IMG/VR virus record: IMGVR_UViG_3300030104_005222
Location: 1 to 64,000 of that record
Reading direction: 5' to 3' (one strand)
DNA: 64,000 bases
Source of the DNA: an uncultured virus (IMG/VR IMGVR_UViG_3300030104_005222)
Taxonomy: Duplodnaviria > Heunggongvirae > Uroviricota > Caudoviricetes
A program made the position numbers and the translations under genes. The notes under the pieces are model-generated. The model was given only the letters and a program-made list of their open reading frames with translations. It was not told the origin of the DNA and did not search any database. Below are positions 16,214 through 28,400 of this stretch, piece by piece. Each line of letters begins with the position of its first letter. Positions within the stretch are counted from its first letter, which is position 1.

Positions 16214-18202
16214 GTGGACACTTCGTTAAAGTCACTACGCGAAAAACTATATGCTCTACGCGCGTGGGATTCATCCGGCAGAACACAGGATGACCGTATT
16301 CGACAAGCCTTGAATATTGCGCTTGACCGTTTAGCTGGAGAGGTTCCTGAGGCGTTGGTTCCCGACGAGGAACATGTCGTCTTGATGCCTGATATTGTCA
16401 GCACTGATGCTTCGGTCGCGGCTATTGCAAAAATGGCTGGTAGTTTAGACATTGGCGCGACTACAAGCTTTGCGCGCAGCTCGGCTGATTTCTACGACAC
16501 TCGTGTGATTGAGTTTTTTGATACTGCTGGAGTGCCGATTAAAGCGACGACAAGCGCGACGACGTGGACGCCTCACACTACAGGTGAGTTCGACGGCATG
16601 ATGCATATTGAGTTGACGAACAAATTAACGGGTTCAATTCAAAGACGTCAGTGCGTAGAGTTTTGGACTACAAATGTGGGTCACGATTATGGTGACGGTA
16701 ATCCAGTAGATGTTTTGCGGTACCGAGTAACGTTAGATCGGCCGTTAAATTTACCTATTGCGGGTAGTACACTTGAGTCGTACGACTTTCGGATTTATCA
16801 ACCTGAATTTTTTGTCCGAGATGACGTGATGGAGGTTTTAGAGCCCGCAGTGGTTTACGACGGTAGTCGTCAGCAGGTGTGGAAAATTGATACTGCTGGG
16901 GCCAGCCGTCAAGACATGATCGATTATCAAGGCAATTCTAAAGGTCGGCCCTACAGATGCTTTAGGGGTAGGCATTTTCAGCTTCAAGCGCCGACTGAGG
17001 CACCTAAAGCTACTGTGGCACGTGCGACGACTTTTGTTGATATTAATCGAGGTGACGGTGTGTACGATCCTAATACGGGTGTAGTTTCGTTTCCCGATAA
17101 GCCCGACACCGAAACTACCGTACCTAATATTGCTAAGTGGTCAGATAGGCACGCTTTGCCGAGGGGTAAGTTTGCGATCTGCTACACCTATGTTTGGGGC
17201 CGAAGAGAGTTTGAGTGGCAGAAAGCTCCTGGCGTAACGCCCGGTTCGTATGAAAATCTTATGGATTTTGGGGGTACGACATCATCTGATGGTGACGCGG
17301 ATTTAATCTGGTCTTACGCGCAAGAGTTAGATCATAAAGCTTACGACCCGACTGATTCGACTGAGCATGCACCGGATGATAACCTTCGCTATTCTGGCAT
17401 ACCTGATCCTCAGTTTGAGAGTGCACCGTCACCGATTACAATCGTAGACAATACGATCAATTCAAACGAAATAGGTGCGGGGATCTTACTGGAGGCAACA
17501 AATATTGATGCCATGTTAGGTTTTGGTGACGACAAGTATCATCGGTTTAAGCACAGCGGTATCCGCATTCGGTACTATGTGGCTCAATTAGACAACGAAA
17601 CGTCGGATGGTCTTGTTCCTGGTGGTACGAGGTACTCAAATGTTGAAACAAACAACCGATTTTATCTGTTGTGTGAAGTGGAGCCTAATTACAATTTTTG
17701 GATTGACGACCCTCGTGCTGGAGCTGGTGAGCCCGTAATAACGGAAGGTTATTTTAGTGATAGCCAGATAAAGTATTGGCAGACTACGGTGGGTGGTGCT
17801 CGGGTTATGTGGAACGGCCATCAGTTGTATGATTACTATCGCCCCCTGCGCCACAGTACGGGGTACTATGCGTGGAAAGTTTTTCCGCATCAAGACACGC
17901 GCTATGAATTAGACCTTCGAGTTTTGCGTCTACCAGAAAAATTTATCGACGATCAAGATACGGCACCTATTCAACGCGACGTAGTTTCAGCCTTGATCGA
18001 GTTAGCTCTGTACTACATTAGCTTGAACGATGGTAACGATCAGACAAGTGCTCAGGCGCATTTGAATCGTTACCAAGAGTTGGTAAAGGTATTCCGTGAA
18101 CGGTATGCTAATCCTGGCGGAATTGTCGAACCTGTTCCATTTACGGGTTACCGTGCACGTAACCGCTATGGTACATTTGGCTCGACGCCACTAGATGATT
18201 AA
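16214..18202 (+). CDS. putative head-tail adaptor / tail tubular protein with large insertion
   Basis: Adaptor-like helical termini (LKSLREKL...IRQALNIAL; DDQDTAPI....SALIELALYY...AQAHLNRYQEL); position after the capsid genes. Confidence 0.55.
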   Translation: MDTSLKSLREKLYALRAWDSSGRTQDDRIRQALNIALDRLAGEVPEALVPDEEHVVLMPDIVSTDASVAAIAKMAGSLDIGATTSFARSSADFYDTRVIEFFDTAGVPIKATTSATTWTPHTTGEFDGMMHIELTNKLTGSIQRRQCVEFWTTNVGHDYGDGNPVDVLRYRVTLDRPLNLPIAGSTLESYDFRIYQPEFFVRDDVMEVLEPAVVYDGSRQQVWKIDTAGASRQDMIDYQGNSKGRPYRCFRGRHFQLQAPTEAPKATVARATTFVDINRGDGVYDPNTGVVSFPDKPDTETTVPNIAKWSDRHALPRGKFAICYTYVWGRREFEWQKAPGVTPGSYENLMDFGGTTSSDGDADLIWSYAQELDHKAYDPTDSTEHAPDDNLRYSGIPDPQFESAPSPITIVDNTINSNEIGAGILLEATNIDAMLGFGDDKYHRFKHSGIRIRYYVAQLDNETSDGLVPGGTRYSNVETNNRFYLLCEVEPNYNFWIDDPRAGAGEPVITEGYFSDSQIKYWQTTVGGARVMWNGHQLYDYYRPLRHSTGYYAWKVFPHQDTRYELDLRVLRLPEKFIDDQDTAPIQRDVVSALIELALYYISLNDGNDQTSAQAHLNRYQELVKVFRERYANPGGIVEPVPFTGYRARNRYGTFGSTPLDD

Positions 18203-18247
18203 TCAATGGCTTGGCTCCCGTAAGGGAAGAACAACAAAGAGGAAACT

Positions 18248-18754
18248 ATGTCCGAAGATAACAAATTTTATTCAACCCTTTCAGCCCTCCCACGATGTGC
18301 GGTTGGTACTCGTGTGTACCGTAAGAACCTTGTGGGTCAGTACGAAGAGGCGATGATCGTCTCGATCTTGTCGTCCTCAGCAACATCTGATGACTGGTCG
18401 GGTACGATCATGACCAAAAACGGTATTGAATTTATCAGTGGTCATGTGGAGCATCGTACAGTTTATGATTGGATGCCTGTGGGTTGGACCTACGACGAGG
18501 ATCGTGTCGGTTGGGTTCCGCCGAAATCTATTCTTCGTGACGACTCGAAAGATGCAGTTATCGAAGATCCGGCGCAAGCGGTCATTGATGCTAAGTCTAC
18601 CGTTTTTGTTATTCCTGCTCCTTGGGAGAACGAAAAATACATGTCTTGGCAATCGCGGGTTCTTAAGTCTGTCCCTGCGCTGAAAGACGTTGGTTCGATT
18701 AAGAGTAAGTTGTCGAATTCTTGGAAGAGTAAAGAATACGAAATCACTGTATAA
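18248..18754 (+). CDS. hypothetical protein
   Basis: GAGG RBS, 168 aa. Confidence 0.65.
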   Translation: MSEDNKFYSTLSALPRCAVGTRVYRKNLVGQYEEAMIVSILSSSATSDDWSGTIMTKNGIEFISGHVEHRTVYDWMPVGWTYDEDRVGWVPPKSILRDDSKDAVIEDPAQAVIDAKSTVFVIPAPWENEKYMSWQSRVLKSVPALKDVGSIKSKLSNSWKSKEYEITV

Positions 18755-18767
18755 CTGAGAGGTCGCG

Positions 18768-21203
18768 GTGTCTGGACCCGCAGAACAAACAACAAACGCC
18801 GTGATCATCCCCCCAGGTGAGGGGCGCAGGATATTTTCTCCTGTTCCCCTTGCTTGGTCAGTCGAGAATCTTGAGACTGATAATGACGATTCCCTAAAAA
18901 GTGTCGTAGGGCCTTCGATTGTTCGAATAAAAACTACGTATGAGAACCAAGGAAGTTTTGGTGCGACTGCAGCCCCTGTAGATGGTGTCGTTGCAACAGA
19001 TCGTGAAGTTGTAAACCGCTTTTTTAAAACTTCCCGACCTCATAGTGTGTTTTACGCGAATCTACACAGTGGTTCTGTCGAGACCTTGCTGTTTCGGTTT
19101 GGTGGAAATTTGTATCGTTTTTTGGGCGAACCCCAAAAAGAAGACGAGATTATAGAGACTGGCTTGTCATCCGTATCGTCTCCGAGATTTCCGGATCAAT
19201 ATTTGGTGATGAACAACCAGATTATTTTTACTAATGGTGTAGATCGCGCACGAGTTATTTCATACGACGGTTCCGTGGATTTACTGGGTTATTCTGAGCG
19301 ACCATCGACGCCAATGGTAAACGGTCCATCTCAACCAGAAGCAAGCGATGCACCGTACTATTTCCCTAACTCAATGGGGTATTCGTTTCCCGGTCGAATT
19401 GGAACGCCCGGCGACACATTGACCGGACGTGAAGGCTCACTGTTAGCAGGTCAGTGGTATTACTATTTTCAGTTCGAGGATCGTCACGGTAACCTGTCAC
19501 CGTTTTCGTACAGTAGTGAATCAGTCTCAACGAAAGCGGCTCAAGCTCAACCATTTACAGCAACGTCTCTTGAGTCTGCGGTACCTTTTGCTCTCGGTGT
19601 CTCTGGTGACAAAGATAATCGGCGTAAGCGAATCAACAATGATGGGTCCGAATTAGACGATTTAACGCGTAGGTTTTTGGTCTCGATGAGCGGTGACGCG
19701 CCAAAAACAACCGCAGCGGTCAGGATTTATAGGACACCAGACACTCAACACGTTGACAACATGCCACGTTTTTTGGCTCGTGTACCTGGTTCAGTGCCGT
19801 TTACGTTTGATGATAACTATGCCGATAGTGAGCTAAGTTTTCCGTGGCAAGAGACCGTAGCTACGCCCGTATTTAAGACGATGTGCATTCATCAGGGTCG
19901 GCTGATTGTGGCTAACATTGTAGGTGAGCCCGGCTTAGTTCGTCGCTCTGAGCCTGGATTTGCGGGCACTTTTTTGAAAGACGATTTTATTTACCCTGAT
20001 GCTGGTGGGGCTGAAATTACTGGGTTGGCGTCACACAATGGTGTCTTATTAGCCTTCACAGAAACCAGCATTTACGCTATTGGCGACGACTTTAATACAC
20101 CGCAGCCAATTTCGATGGGTGTTGGTTGCATCGCTCCCCGTTCAATTGTTGCGCGGCGGGATGGCACGTTGATGTGGCTTAGTCGTGAAGGCTTTTACGG
20201 TATGCGGGAGATGGGCAGCATCGTACGTATGAGCGGTCCTATCGATAAAATTTTCAAAGAGTCGGTAAACGTTGGTCAGTTAAACATGGCAGTTGCCGTC
20301 TTTGACACAGAGTCTGGTGAGTATCGATGTGCATTAGCCCCTAAGGGTACGCGTAGGAATGAACTAATGTTTTGTTTTGACGGCAAATATTGGCGTCGTC
20401 AGACTTTAGGGATTCACTTAGCGGATATGTCTGTCAGCCCTAATACTTTTCGGTATACCTATGCGATTGGTAATGACTCCAGAGAATTTGATGTATCTCT
20501 TAGTATTCCTACTGGTGTGGCTTCAGGTGATTTAAATCGTTTGTTTGTTTTAAACCGGCAAACCTCAGACTGGTTTGCGGGTCCAAGGCGTATTCGGTAC
20601 CGATCGAATTGGATATATTCGTCCGACTACGGCTTGACTCCGACAAATGTGCGTACGCTATACATTGGTTTGTTAGATGCGTTTGATGGATTTGCTACGG
20701 TTCGAATCTATAAAAATGGTTCGTGGGATCCCGTACATGTAATGCGTGATTTAAGAACCGTTGGTGTAGACGACGAATCTAATTTGGTGAATGACATTGC
20801 TGAGTCCGCTATTTTCGACAAGTCTAAGTTTCACGCACCCAGGCTTCACTGGAGGCAGGTGCCAGTTGATTTGCAAAACGTAAATTCATGGGCGTTTGAG
20901 ATCGAAATGATTGGATTTCCAGCACCTTTTCGAGGTGCGGATTTACTGGGTGGCATTGATCGGGGTGGTTCATGGCCAAGCGCTCATCTAAAGAAAGACC
21001 TCACCGCGCTGCGCGAGCTTACTAATACATTTAAAGAAAGTAACTTTGTATCTGACGAGGTTACTCAATTTGGTAAGATTAACAAATCGGGTAGTCCTTG
21101 GCCTGAGTTGGGTCGAATTCGTATTGTAGCTTTTGCGTTTGATGCTAGCATTGCAACTAAGGGTAATGCTAAGGGTCGGGTACCGCGTAGGAAGGATAGA
21201 TAA
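18768..21203 (+). CDS. putative tail nozzle / tubular protein B-like (beta-propeller)
   Basis: 811 aa; IIFTNGVD, HQGRLIVA, ITGLAS..GVLLAFTETSIY, GVGCIAPRSI, WLSREGFY. Confidence 0.7.
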   Translation: MSGPAEQTTNAVIIPPGEGRRIFSPVPLAWSVENLETDNDDSLKSVVGPSIVRIKTTYENQGSFGATAAPVDGVVATDREVVNRFFKTSRPHSVFYANLHSGSVETLLFRFGGNLYRFLGEPQKEDEIIETGLSSVSSPRFPDQYLVMNNQIIFTNGVDRARVISYDGSVDLLGYSERPSTPMVNGPSQPEASDAPYYFPNSMGYSFPGRIGTPGDTLTGREGSLLAGQWYYYFQFEDRHGNLSPFSYSSESVSTKAAQAQPFTATSLESAVPFALGVSGDKDNRRKRINNDGSELDDLTRRFLVSMSGDAPKTTAAVRIYRTPDTQHVDNMPRFLARVPGSVPFTFDDNYADSELSFPWQETVATPVFKTMCIHQGRLIVANIVGEPGLVRRSEPGFAGTFLKDDFIYPDAGGAEITGLASHNGVLLAFTETSIYAIGDDFNTPQPISMGVGCIAPRSIVARRDGTLMWLSREGFYGMREMGSIVRMSGPIDKIFKESVNVGQLNMAVAVFDTESGEYRCALAPKGTRRNELMFCFDGKYWRRQTLGIHLADMSVSPNTFRYTYAIGNDSREFDVSLSIPTGVASGDLNRLFVLNRQTSDWFAGPRRIRYRSNWIYSSDYGLTPTNVRTLYIGLLDAFDGFATVRIYKNGSWDPVHVMRDLRTVGVDDESNLVNDIAESAIFDKSKFHAPRLHWRQVPVDLQNVNSWAFEIEMIGFPAPFRGADLLGGIDRGGSWPSAHLKKDLTALRELTNTFKESNFVSDEVTQFGKINKSGSPWPELGRIRIVAFAFDASIATKGNAKGRVPRRKDR

Positions 21204-21205
21204 TC

Positions 21206-23686
21206 GTGCCGTACATTTACCCGAAAAGATTTTTGCGTTCGAAAGATTTATTAGACCCTGATTCGTTTCAGTCTGACGTGGACGAAGCCAAAGCTCTATT
21301 GGATGAGGGGCTTGATCGGCACAATGTAAAATCTGTGGCGTTCAAAGCTTTAGAGTCTGATGCGACGGTAGGGGTGGCCGAAAATAAGGCACATGTAACA
21401 AAAGACGCGTACCATACCTTTCATCATGAACGAGTCGAATGCCGTACTCGGATGGAATATGACGCAGATGTTTTCCGTAACGCACAGACAAACGCGGGAA
21501 GAAGAACGCCAAATTTTGTGCGGCCAGATGGATTGACTTTTCGTGATGAAGGTATTGATGAGGGATCAAATCAAGGTAAACCCTACGTCGTACCTCACAC
21601 AGGTGAGTGGTCAGTCGTTCAAAATAAAGACTTGAGCGGCCCAATGCAGATTACGTTTGAGTCGAAACACAAAGCTAATCTTTGGTTATGCGCTTATCTT
21701 CAGTATGTATGGCAAGGATTCTTTGAGTATAAGCCGCCTTGGATTACTGACGATTATGAAGGTTGGCAGCATCAATATGCTTATACCACAGGTGGTGCTA
21801 CTGATCGAGGGTGGTCTAAGGAGTTTGATCCTGAGGGAGAGCTTTGTGGTGAGGAAGCTGCGGTTTTAAATCGATTTGGCCCATCCGAGGCATGGAAGCA
21901 TTACCCAAGTGCGACAGCTAGAGGCAGTAGTTTTGCGACAACTAAGCATCCTTACTCGTTTCAATTGAGTGAGATGAACGCTAACGTCGAAGCTGCTTTC
22001 CCTAATTTAGGCGGTTACCACCATATTTCGCGTGGTTTTTATCCATGTTTAGTTCAGTTTGCGTTGCGTATTGATGGCGAGATTATTGACGAGACGATTA
22101 CCGGAAAGCAATTTTCGTACGAAGAATCAGCCCATGGTTTGAAGGTCCAAGACGGCCCGATTTATAATATTGATGACGATGAAGATACTCATGACTTTAG
22201 AGGTCAGCGATCTCATTCACGCGACACCCATTACGGAAATACAATAGCTACCAGTACTGCGGGACAAAAGCTTCGGCGGTCTCGGGCAGTAGCTATGGGT
22301 CCTGAATGTTTGCCTGTGCGTTTGGGTGCTGTGGTTCCCATTGATCCTGGCAGTCACACAGTAGAGATTGTTGCTCGTCGGTTGTCCAGAAAGAAACACG
22401 ATTTCCAGACGGGTGATTTTGTCGGTGTGTTTTCTCGTAGGCTTCTGGCTGTTGAGTTACCAACATCAGGTACGGGGTCTCAAAAGACGCAAGATCAAGA
22501 AAAACTTGGAATACCGCCGTTTGAGACTGAGCAAATTTTAGACTCGTCTGGATTGAATAGCATCAAAGTCAAGCAAGATCTTTTAGGTTCTTTTTATAAC
22601 AACATAGAAGCTAGTTCGATTCGACGCAATTCACTGCCAAACACGCACTTACCCAGTAAAATTGTAGTTGCGCGAAGAAAAGCAATTACAACACACCGAG
22701 CCAGTACAACTAATCCACTTGTACGTGACAGATCGAGTGCCGTTTTAACGCCACCGTCAAATTTTCAATCTGACGCAAGATTTCCTGGCTTTCTTCGAGG
22801 TGATTCGGCCCTGAATAAACTTACTCACCGTGCTGGGGGTACGTTTCCTGATGGGTATTCTAACTCTGGTACTTGGCACGATCGCGAAAACAACACTGCT
22901 GGCTGGGATTTTGTTAGAAGTGCATCGGAAAACTTATCTATTTCGGGGTCTCGACTTGATGTGACCCGAGGCAAAAATGGACTACTAATTATGGCAGATA
23001 TTGAGTTACTTCAACTTAATGGTTCTAAAAGCTATAAAGCGACGAACGCTGAAATTTTTGCTTCTGAAAGTTTGAAGCAAATTAGAGAGTATGTTTCAAA
23101 TATTCATAATGATAAGTACTTAGATTTATTCGCGTACTTTGCAATCGGGTATCGAACCGGTGACACACCTGAGGACTGGGTAATTGCCTCTGCGCCTGGA
23201 TTTCGTCCGGCGTTAGTTAATTCTTTTAACTGGGTCAATCGATCCAAAAACTTTTGTGCCGAAGTCGGTAATAATTTATCTATTAGTAAATTTATTTCTG
23301 CTGATGAAACGTATGGAACTGGTGCAAGCGACCAAGGCTTTATAATTCATAAGGGAGACGGTGAGGTTGATCGACGGGGCGGTAACAGTAAGGCCAGCGG
23401 TTACGGAATCAATATCCCTTTGATGGCTTTTATCGACGAGACAACGACGATTAAAGAAATCGCAGTTTTTGCTTGTACGACATTTCCTACAATTTGGGAT
23501 TCGCATCATGCTAAGTATGGTGACGATACAAGTACAAGCACGAGAGAAGTTAGAATTGCAGGTTCTGCTACTTCTAAGCACACGACTGAAACATGGAAGT
23601 CTCCCGTAGGTGGTCGAGGTATTCTCGATGGTGTGAAAGTTATGTGGGGCGACTGCAGTTTATCCGTAATGAAATTTAATTTGTGA
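21206..23686 (+). CDS. putative virion structural protein
   Basis: 826 aa ORF in the tail module. Confidence 0.55.
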   Translation: MPYIYPKRFLRSKDLLDPDSFQSDVDEAKALLDEGLDRHNVKSVAFKALESDATVGVAENKAHVTKDAYHTFHHERVECRTRMEYDADVFRNAQTNAGRRTPNFVRPDGLTFRDEGIDEGSNQGKPYVVPHTGEWSVVQNKDLSGPMQITFESKHKANLWLCAYLQYVWQGFFEYKPPWITDDYEGWQHQYAYTTGGATDRGWSKEFDPEGELCGEEAAVLNRFGPSEAWKHYPSATARGSSFATTKHPYSFQLSEMNANVEAAFPNLGGYHHISRGFYPCLVQFALRIDGEIIDETITGKQFSYEESAHGLKVQDGPIYNIDDDEDTHDFRGQRSHSRDTHYGNTIATSTAGQKLRRSRAVAMGPECLPVRLGAVVPIDPGSHTVEIVARRLSRKKHDFQTGDFVGVFSRRLLAVELPTSGTGSQKTQDQEKLGIPPFETEQILDSSGLNSIKVKQDLLGSFYNNIEASSIRRNSLPNTHLPSKIVVARRKAITTHRASTTNPLVRDRSSAVLTPPSNFQSDARFPGFLRGDSALNKLTHRAGGTFPDGYSNSGTWHDRENNTAGWDFVRSASENLSISGSRLDVTRGKNGLLIMADIELLQLNGSKSYKATNAEIFASESLKQIREYVSNIHNDKYLDLFAYFAIGYRTGDTPEDWVIASAPGFRPALVNSFNWVNRSKNFCAEVGNNLSISKFISADETYGTGASDQGFIIHKGDGEVDRRGGNSKASGYGINIPLMAFIDETTTIKEIAVFACTTFPTIWDSHHAKYGDDTSTSTREVRIAGSATSKHTTETWKSPVGGRGILDGVKVMWGDCSLSVMKFNL

Positions 23687-23693
23687 GTCTGTT

Positions 23694-24656
23694 GTGCCGT
23701 ACATTAATATTTTTGACTACCCTGGACCTAAGTTTTTAAGTCGACCAATCAGTCATCCGAAAGAGCAATATAACAGAAACGTACATTCTCATTGGTCAGA
23801 AAGGAATGCGGGCAATGGGATCTATAGCTCAGCAAACGGTGAGTTAGACAAAACAAATTTAAGAAGCAGTTTTAAGCTGACTCAAAATGAAGTAATGCTT
23901 GAGCAGGCTGCATTGGCTCGAATGGAGCATATGCGTAAGAGCAACACTATTTATAGCCGTAATGCAGGTAATACAACGACTGTGGATCCGTATGGTCCGT
24001 CAGATGCTGGAGACTACTTTAATGTGCCTGGGCTATCTTTGCGCTGGTATCAGCCGTACGATGCTAGCTGCGGCATTGGTCAGTGGAGTTTCTTTCTCAG
24101 TTGGAATAACTGGATGGGTCGATTTAGGGACATGCTCTACAATAATTGGACTCAGGGAGTATTTACTGAGATTAGCCTTCGATGCGTTATGGACGGAGAA
24201 GTTATTGTCGGCACAAATCGAAGGTTAGGCGAAAACTTTTTTCACCCTGTCTCGCCTGGAGGGCCGTCACCTTTCACGTATTACGACGGTCCTGGTATGG
24301 TTGTGTATGATGTGACTTCTGGTGCAGACTATACCGACACGGCAAAAGATACCGCCGCAGGTAATCCTAAGTACGCGTTTCCTGAGGCTCATTCAGCCTG
24401 TCATTTTGACATGCACTACTTGATGGACTCATCTGTGTTAACTCGTGGGTATCACGAGATTTCCGTTCAGTGCGCTATTCGAGCGTGTCGTGATGAGAAC
24501 GGGGAAAAACCGGCACCTGTTTTTTTGCAGAATGTCGGGAAAGAAATAAAAATTAAAGACACAGGCAGTAAACGTTACAAGCAGCGGGGGCATTTTACTT
24601 TGATGGGTAAGGTGTCGTTTGGTGTGCGTAATGCTCGCGTAGTGTCTTTTCTTTAA
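23694..24656 (+). CDS. putative virion structural protein
   Basis: 320 aa ORF; MPYI start like the previous gene. Confidence 0.55.
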   Translation: MPYINIFDYPGPKFLSRPISHPKEQYNRNVHSHWSERNAGNGIYSSANGELDKTNLRSSFKLTQNEVMLEQAALARMEHMRKSNTIYSRNAGNTTTVDPYGPSDAGDYFNVPGLSLRWYQPYDASCGIGQWSFFLSWNNWMGRFRDMLYNNWTQGVFTEISLRCVMDGEVIVGTNRRLGENFFHPVSPGGPSPFTYYDGPGMVVYDVTSGADYTDTAKDTAAGNPKYAFPEAHSACHFDMHYLMDSSVLTRGYHEISVQCAIRACRDENGEKPAPVFLQNVGKEIKIKDTGSKRYKQRGHFTLMGKVSFGVRNARVVSFL

Positions 24657-24686
24657 TTTCGCGCTATACTTTCACCGGAGATTTCC

Positions 24687-25478
24687 ATGCATTTGTTAAT
24701 TCCTAAATTGACACCGATGCAGTTGGTTTCGTACTTTAGTGCTTTGATCATCTGCTGGGTTTACGGTGACGGTACTACGTCTGAAGTACTCTACGCGATT
24801 GATCCAGTTACAGCGGGTATATTACTGTTTGGGTCTGCGGCTGCTAGCGCGGCCCCTAAAATTATTGAGGGCATTCAAGCTAAGCGGGCGCTGAAAAGGG
24901 CAGAAGACAGTCCGGAAGCAAAGGCGCTGCGTAGAGTAGAAAGGCAGGCACGTAGAAGACTCAAGAAGGGTCAGTATGGCTTAACCGAGGCAGAAAAACG
25001 CAGTCAGGGCCTTGAGGGTGCTTTAGAGTTTACCGGTCAGTTGGGTAAGTTAGAAGCTGATGCTAAGCGCGGTGGTGGTGGGCAATCCGCGAAGGATAAA
25101 CGTAATCTTCTGAAGACAATCGTTAGCGGCACCAAAGACTTTATGACAAAACGCCGAGGTGGCGTTGAGCAACTTTCGGCAAACATTGCTGCGGGTGAGA
25201 AGGCTAAGGACGAAGCTACAGTGGCCAGCGCCGCCGCAAACAAGTATGCACGCGAGCAGGGATTAGCCGCAGCGAACACGGCGCTTCAATCGGGTATTGC
25301 AACTGGAGTTGGTACAGGTATTTCTATGGGTTCGCAAGCCGCAGGTGCGGGGTTGTTCCAGAAACCGGATACAACGGCTCAAGTGGATGCAATCGCGCAG
25401 AATATTAACAACAGATCTCAACCGACGGCAGTAGGCACACCGCAGCCGGCAGGTCAAGCGACCAACCAACCTACATAG
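24687..25478 (+). CDS. putative internal virion (ejection) protein
   Basis: IDPVTAGILLFGSAAASA-type hydrophobic segment, Ala/Gly/Gln-rich. Confidence 0.55.
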   Translation: MHLLIPKLTPMQLVSYFSALIICWVYGDGTTSEVLYAIDPVTAGILLFGSAAASAAPKIIEGIQAKRALKRAEDSPEAKALRRVERQARRRLKKGQYGLTEAEKRSQGLEGALEFTGQLGKLEADAKRGGGGQSAKDKRNLLKTIVSGTKDFMTKRRGGVEQLSANIAAGEKAKDEATVASAAANKYAREQGLAAANTALQSGIATGVGTGISMGSQAAGAGLFQKPDTTAQVDAIAQNINNRSQPTAVGTPQPAGQATNQPT

Positions 25479-25486
25479 GATTCACG

Positions 25487-28400
25487 ATGTCAAATGGACT
25501 TGCGTCAGGTACTCTGGAAGGATTGAAAGCTGCCAGGGCTCGGTATCAAACCGCTACAATGGGTGGTGGTACGAAGTCGTCGTTTAATATTGAACTTGGT
25601 GAATTAGAAAAAGAAGTCATCGAACTTATCGACAAGATCGAAAAGGGTATTGCGACTGAGGCAGATAAACGTCGGGCTGAAAGCGTAAAGAATCAGCTTG
25701 AGTATCGATCTCAAGAGTTAGATTTTACCGCTAAGATGTACGAATCTCGCAGTAAGAATGTCAGGGCACAACTTGACGCGAGAACAAAGATTTTGGTCGC
25801 ACGAGAAACTGCTGAGCGTCGATACAACGAAAAGGTTCGGACTACCGACTCGAAACTCTTGGTCCAGGTCGAAACAAAATTGGGGGGTATGAAAGGCCAG
25901 GACGCCGTTGTAGCCGTGTTCGACTCACTGATTGAGCCTGCAGTCCTGGCGGGTGAAGTTGATAAACCAAAGATTGCGCCCGATGATCCTAAGTATGGTG
26001 CTACTTTGGCGTCGATTATGTCGTCTCTAAACAGGCATAATAAAGCAAATATCTTTGTTATCGACCCCCGCACAAAACTTGTGGACATCACCAAGACAAA
26101 AAACAATCTGTCTAGCCCGAAACTAAAGATTACGAGTGACGAAGAGGTCGGTAAGATTGAGCGATGGCTTCAGTATTACAACGCAAGTCGTAGACGTCGA
26201 AACCTTCACGAAGGCGACATGGCGAGGCTCATTCAAGAATCTCAACGAAAGGTCAACGCGGCTGGAGCCTTGCTTGATGCGGGCGATGAAGACAAGGCGA
26301 AGATTCTTCTGAACGAGTTTGATGAACTGGATCAACAGCGTGCGGCACTGTACTCAGGGTTCCATTCAATCAAAGCGAAATCGGATCTTGATGAGATCGT
26401 AGCCGAGAGTCGTAAGCGTTCTGGATCTTTGCAGTCCGCGAAAGACTTATTGACTGCGATTCAAACCGAGCGCGGTGCTGGCGGTCTGGCGTCGTACAAG
26501 CGTAATATTGCGAAGGCTATTGCAAATCCCAACTTTCGTGCGTGGGCGGCTGACTATGGTTGGGATCGATTGGGCCAGGTGCAGCGTGACGCTGACGGCA
26601 ATCTTGACCTGACTACTTATGTTCAGGGCGGTGATGACTATGCAGCCTTGCTTGCGTGGGGCAAACAATCCGGTCGTCGGGCAGGTAACTACGGTACAAA
26701 GCGTATACGAACCGGGGAAGTACTTCGAGTTGAGTTGCGTGATGGTACCATCGTTACTGGTGCACGTTTGAAGCGGCACTCGGCAGATCCTTTGGGTGCT
26801 ATCCGCATTGTTCAGCCCGATGGCGCACGTTTGCTTTTGCCTGAAGAGGTAAGTCAGGCGATTTATTTGCAGCGACCGACACCGGACCCGACTCGAATTG
26901 ATCGTAGAGCGCAACGCATTTATGAGAAAGAAAAAGATCAATACATGTCGTTGGAGGTGGATGCTCTTCGTCGAGGTGATTTTGAAGACCGAGCCGATTT
27001 GTATCAGAATGAAGAGGGTCAGTTTGCGGTCAATGAAGCGGGCGAGTACTTAAATCGTACTCAGGTGTCCGAGTTGCGATCTGCGACCTACAATGCATCT
27101 GGGTATCATGTGCTTCGGGACGATGAGTCTAAAGCCATGTTTGTCGTCGCTGCGGAAGGAAACGTATTTCCGATGGCCGACGATCTTAGTTTGGGTGAGC
27201 AGCTTACTGCTGAGCAAGCCAAAGTAGTGCTCGAAAAGTTACCAACGTCAGATACGAGTAGACTTCTTGTACCGACGGATCGTGGCGGGTATCGCTCGTT
27301 TACAGCGGCAGAAATGGCCAGTGCAATCCAAGCAGGCAAAATGCCAAAAGAACTGCAGGTCTTCGGTTATATGGAGCCGGAACAAAAGACTACGGCCGCT
27401 GCGAATATGCAGTTAGAGTCTGAGGCGTTGACCGACAGTGATCTTGGCTTAGGGTTTGGTGATGGACCAACAGGCATTGATCCCACAGTCTTGGGTAAGG
27501 GTCAGGGCGAAACCGGTATCTTTTTCCGCGACCTGGTCGAGGGTGAAGACTTCCCACTTCCCGACGAGGATCCTCCTGAGACGCCTGTTGAGCAGGCTGT
27601 TCGGGAGACTGTCGAGGAAACATTAGAACTGAAGGGTTCCGATAAACGTGTGATGGATCGATTCGTTACATTCTCTGCGGCAGACCGCGCAACATTTCCT
27701 GATCTTGAGGCGGCGCTCGATGCTCAAATTGCGGCAGGTACACGGGAACCACCAGCCGACTATGTTGCTCCTAGAGAAAGGCTGCCTCCATTGCAGCCGG
27801 GTAATCGATGGCAAGTTGATTGGAGGGGTGCGCAGAGAACGGCTGTTTTGTTGCCTGATGGTAAGATTGCTATTTATTCTGCGGCTGATTACGAAGGCGA
27901 TCATGCCGCTGCCTTTGAAGATATGCAACGGTCACCTAACGAAAGAAGAGTTACTGGTGGTGAGATGGCGCTGACCTCCCCTGAGTTTCCCTCTGGTCAG
28001 GGTTTAATCGAACAAAGTGGTCGACGTTACGAAGCACCAGAGTCTACACCGAAAGATGAGCGCAAAGAGAAACGCGAGAAAAAGAAAGAAGAGGCCAAGA
28101 CCAAGCAGGCGGCTGATGTAGCGGCAGAGGTCACAGGTGATGCACCACCACCAAAAACTGATGACATCGCAGGCAGCATGTCATTCGTCACGCAGGGCTT
28201 GGACGCCTTCATACCTGGAACGACGGTAGATTCAAGTCCGAGGCGCGGACAAGACCAGAGCAAACCGGGTGATCTTGATGTCGGTGAGGTCAATGTTGAT
28301 TTAGACAAAACCATTGAGGCTGTGCAGGGTGTTGTCCGTCCGAAGACGGCTCAGCCAATGTCGGATGACGCTTTAGACGATCTCGCTGCGGATCAAGCAC

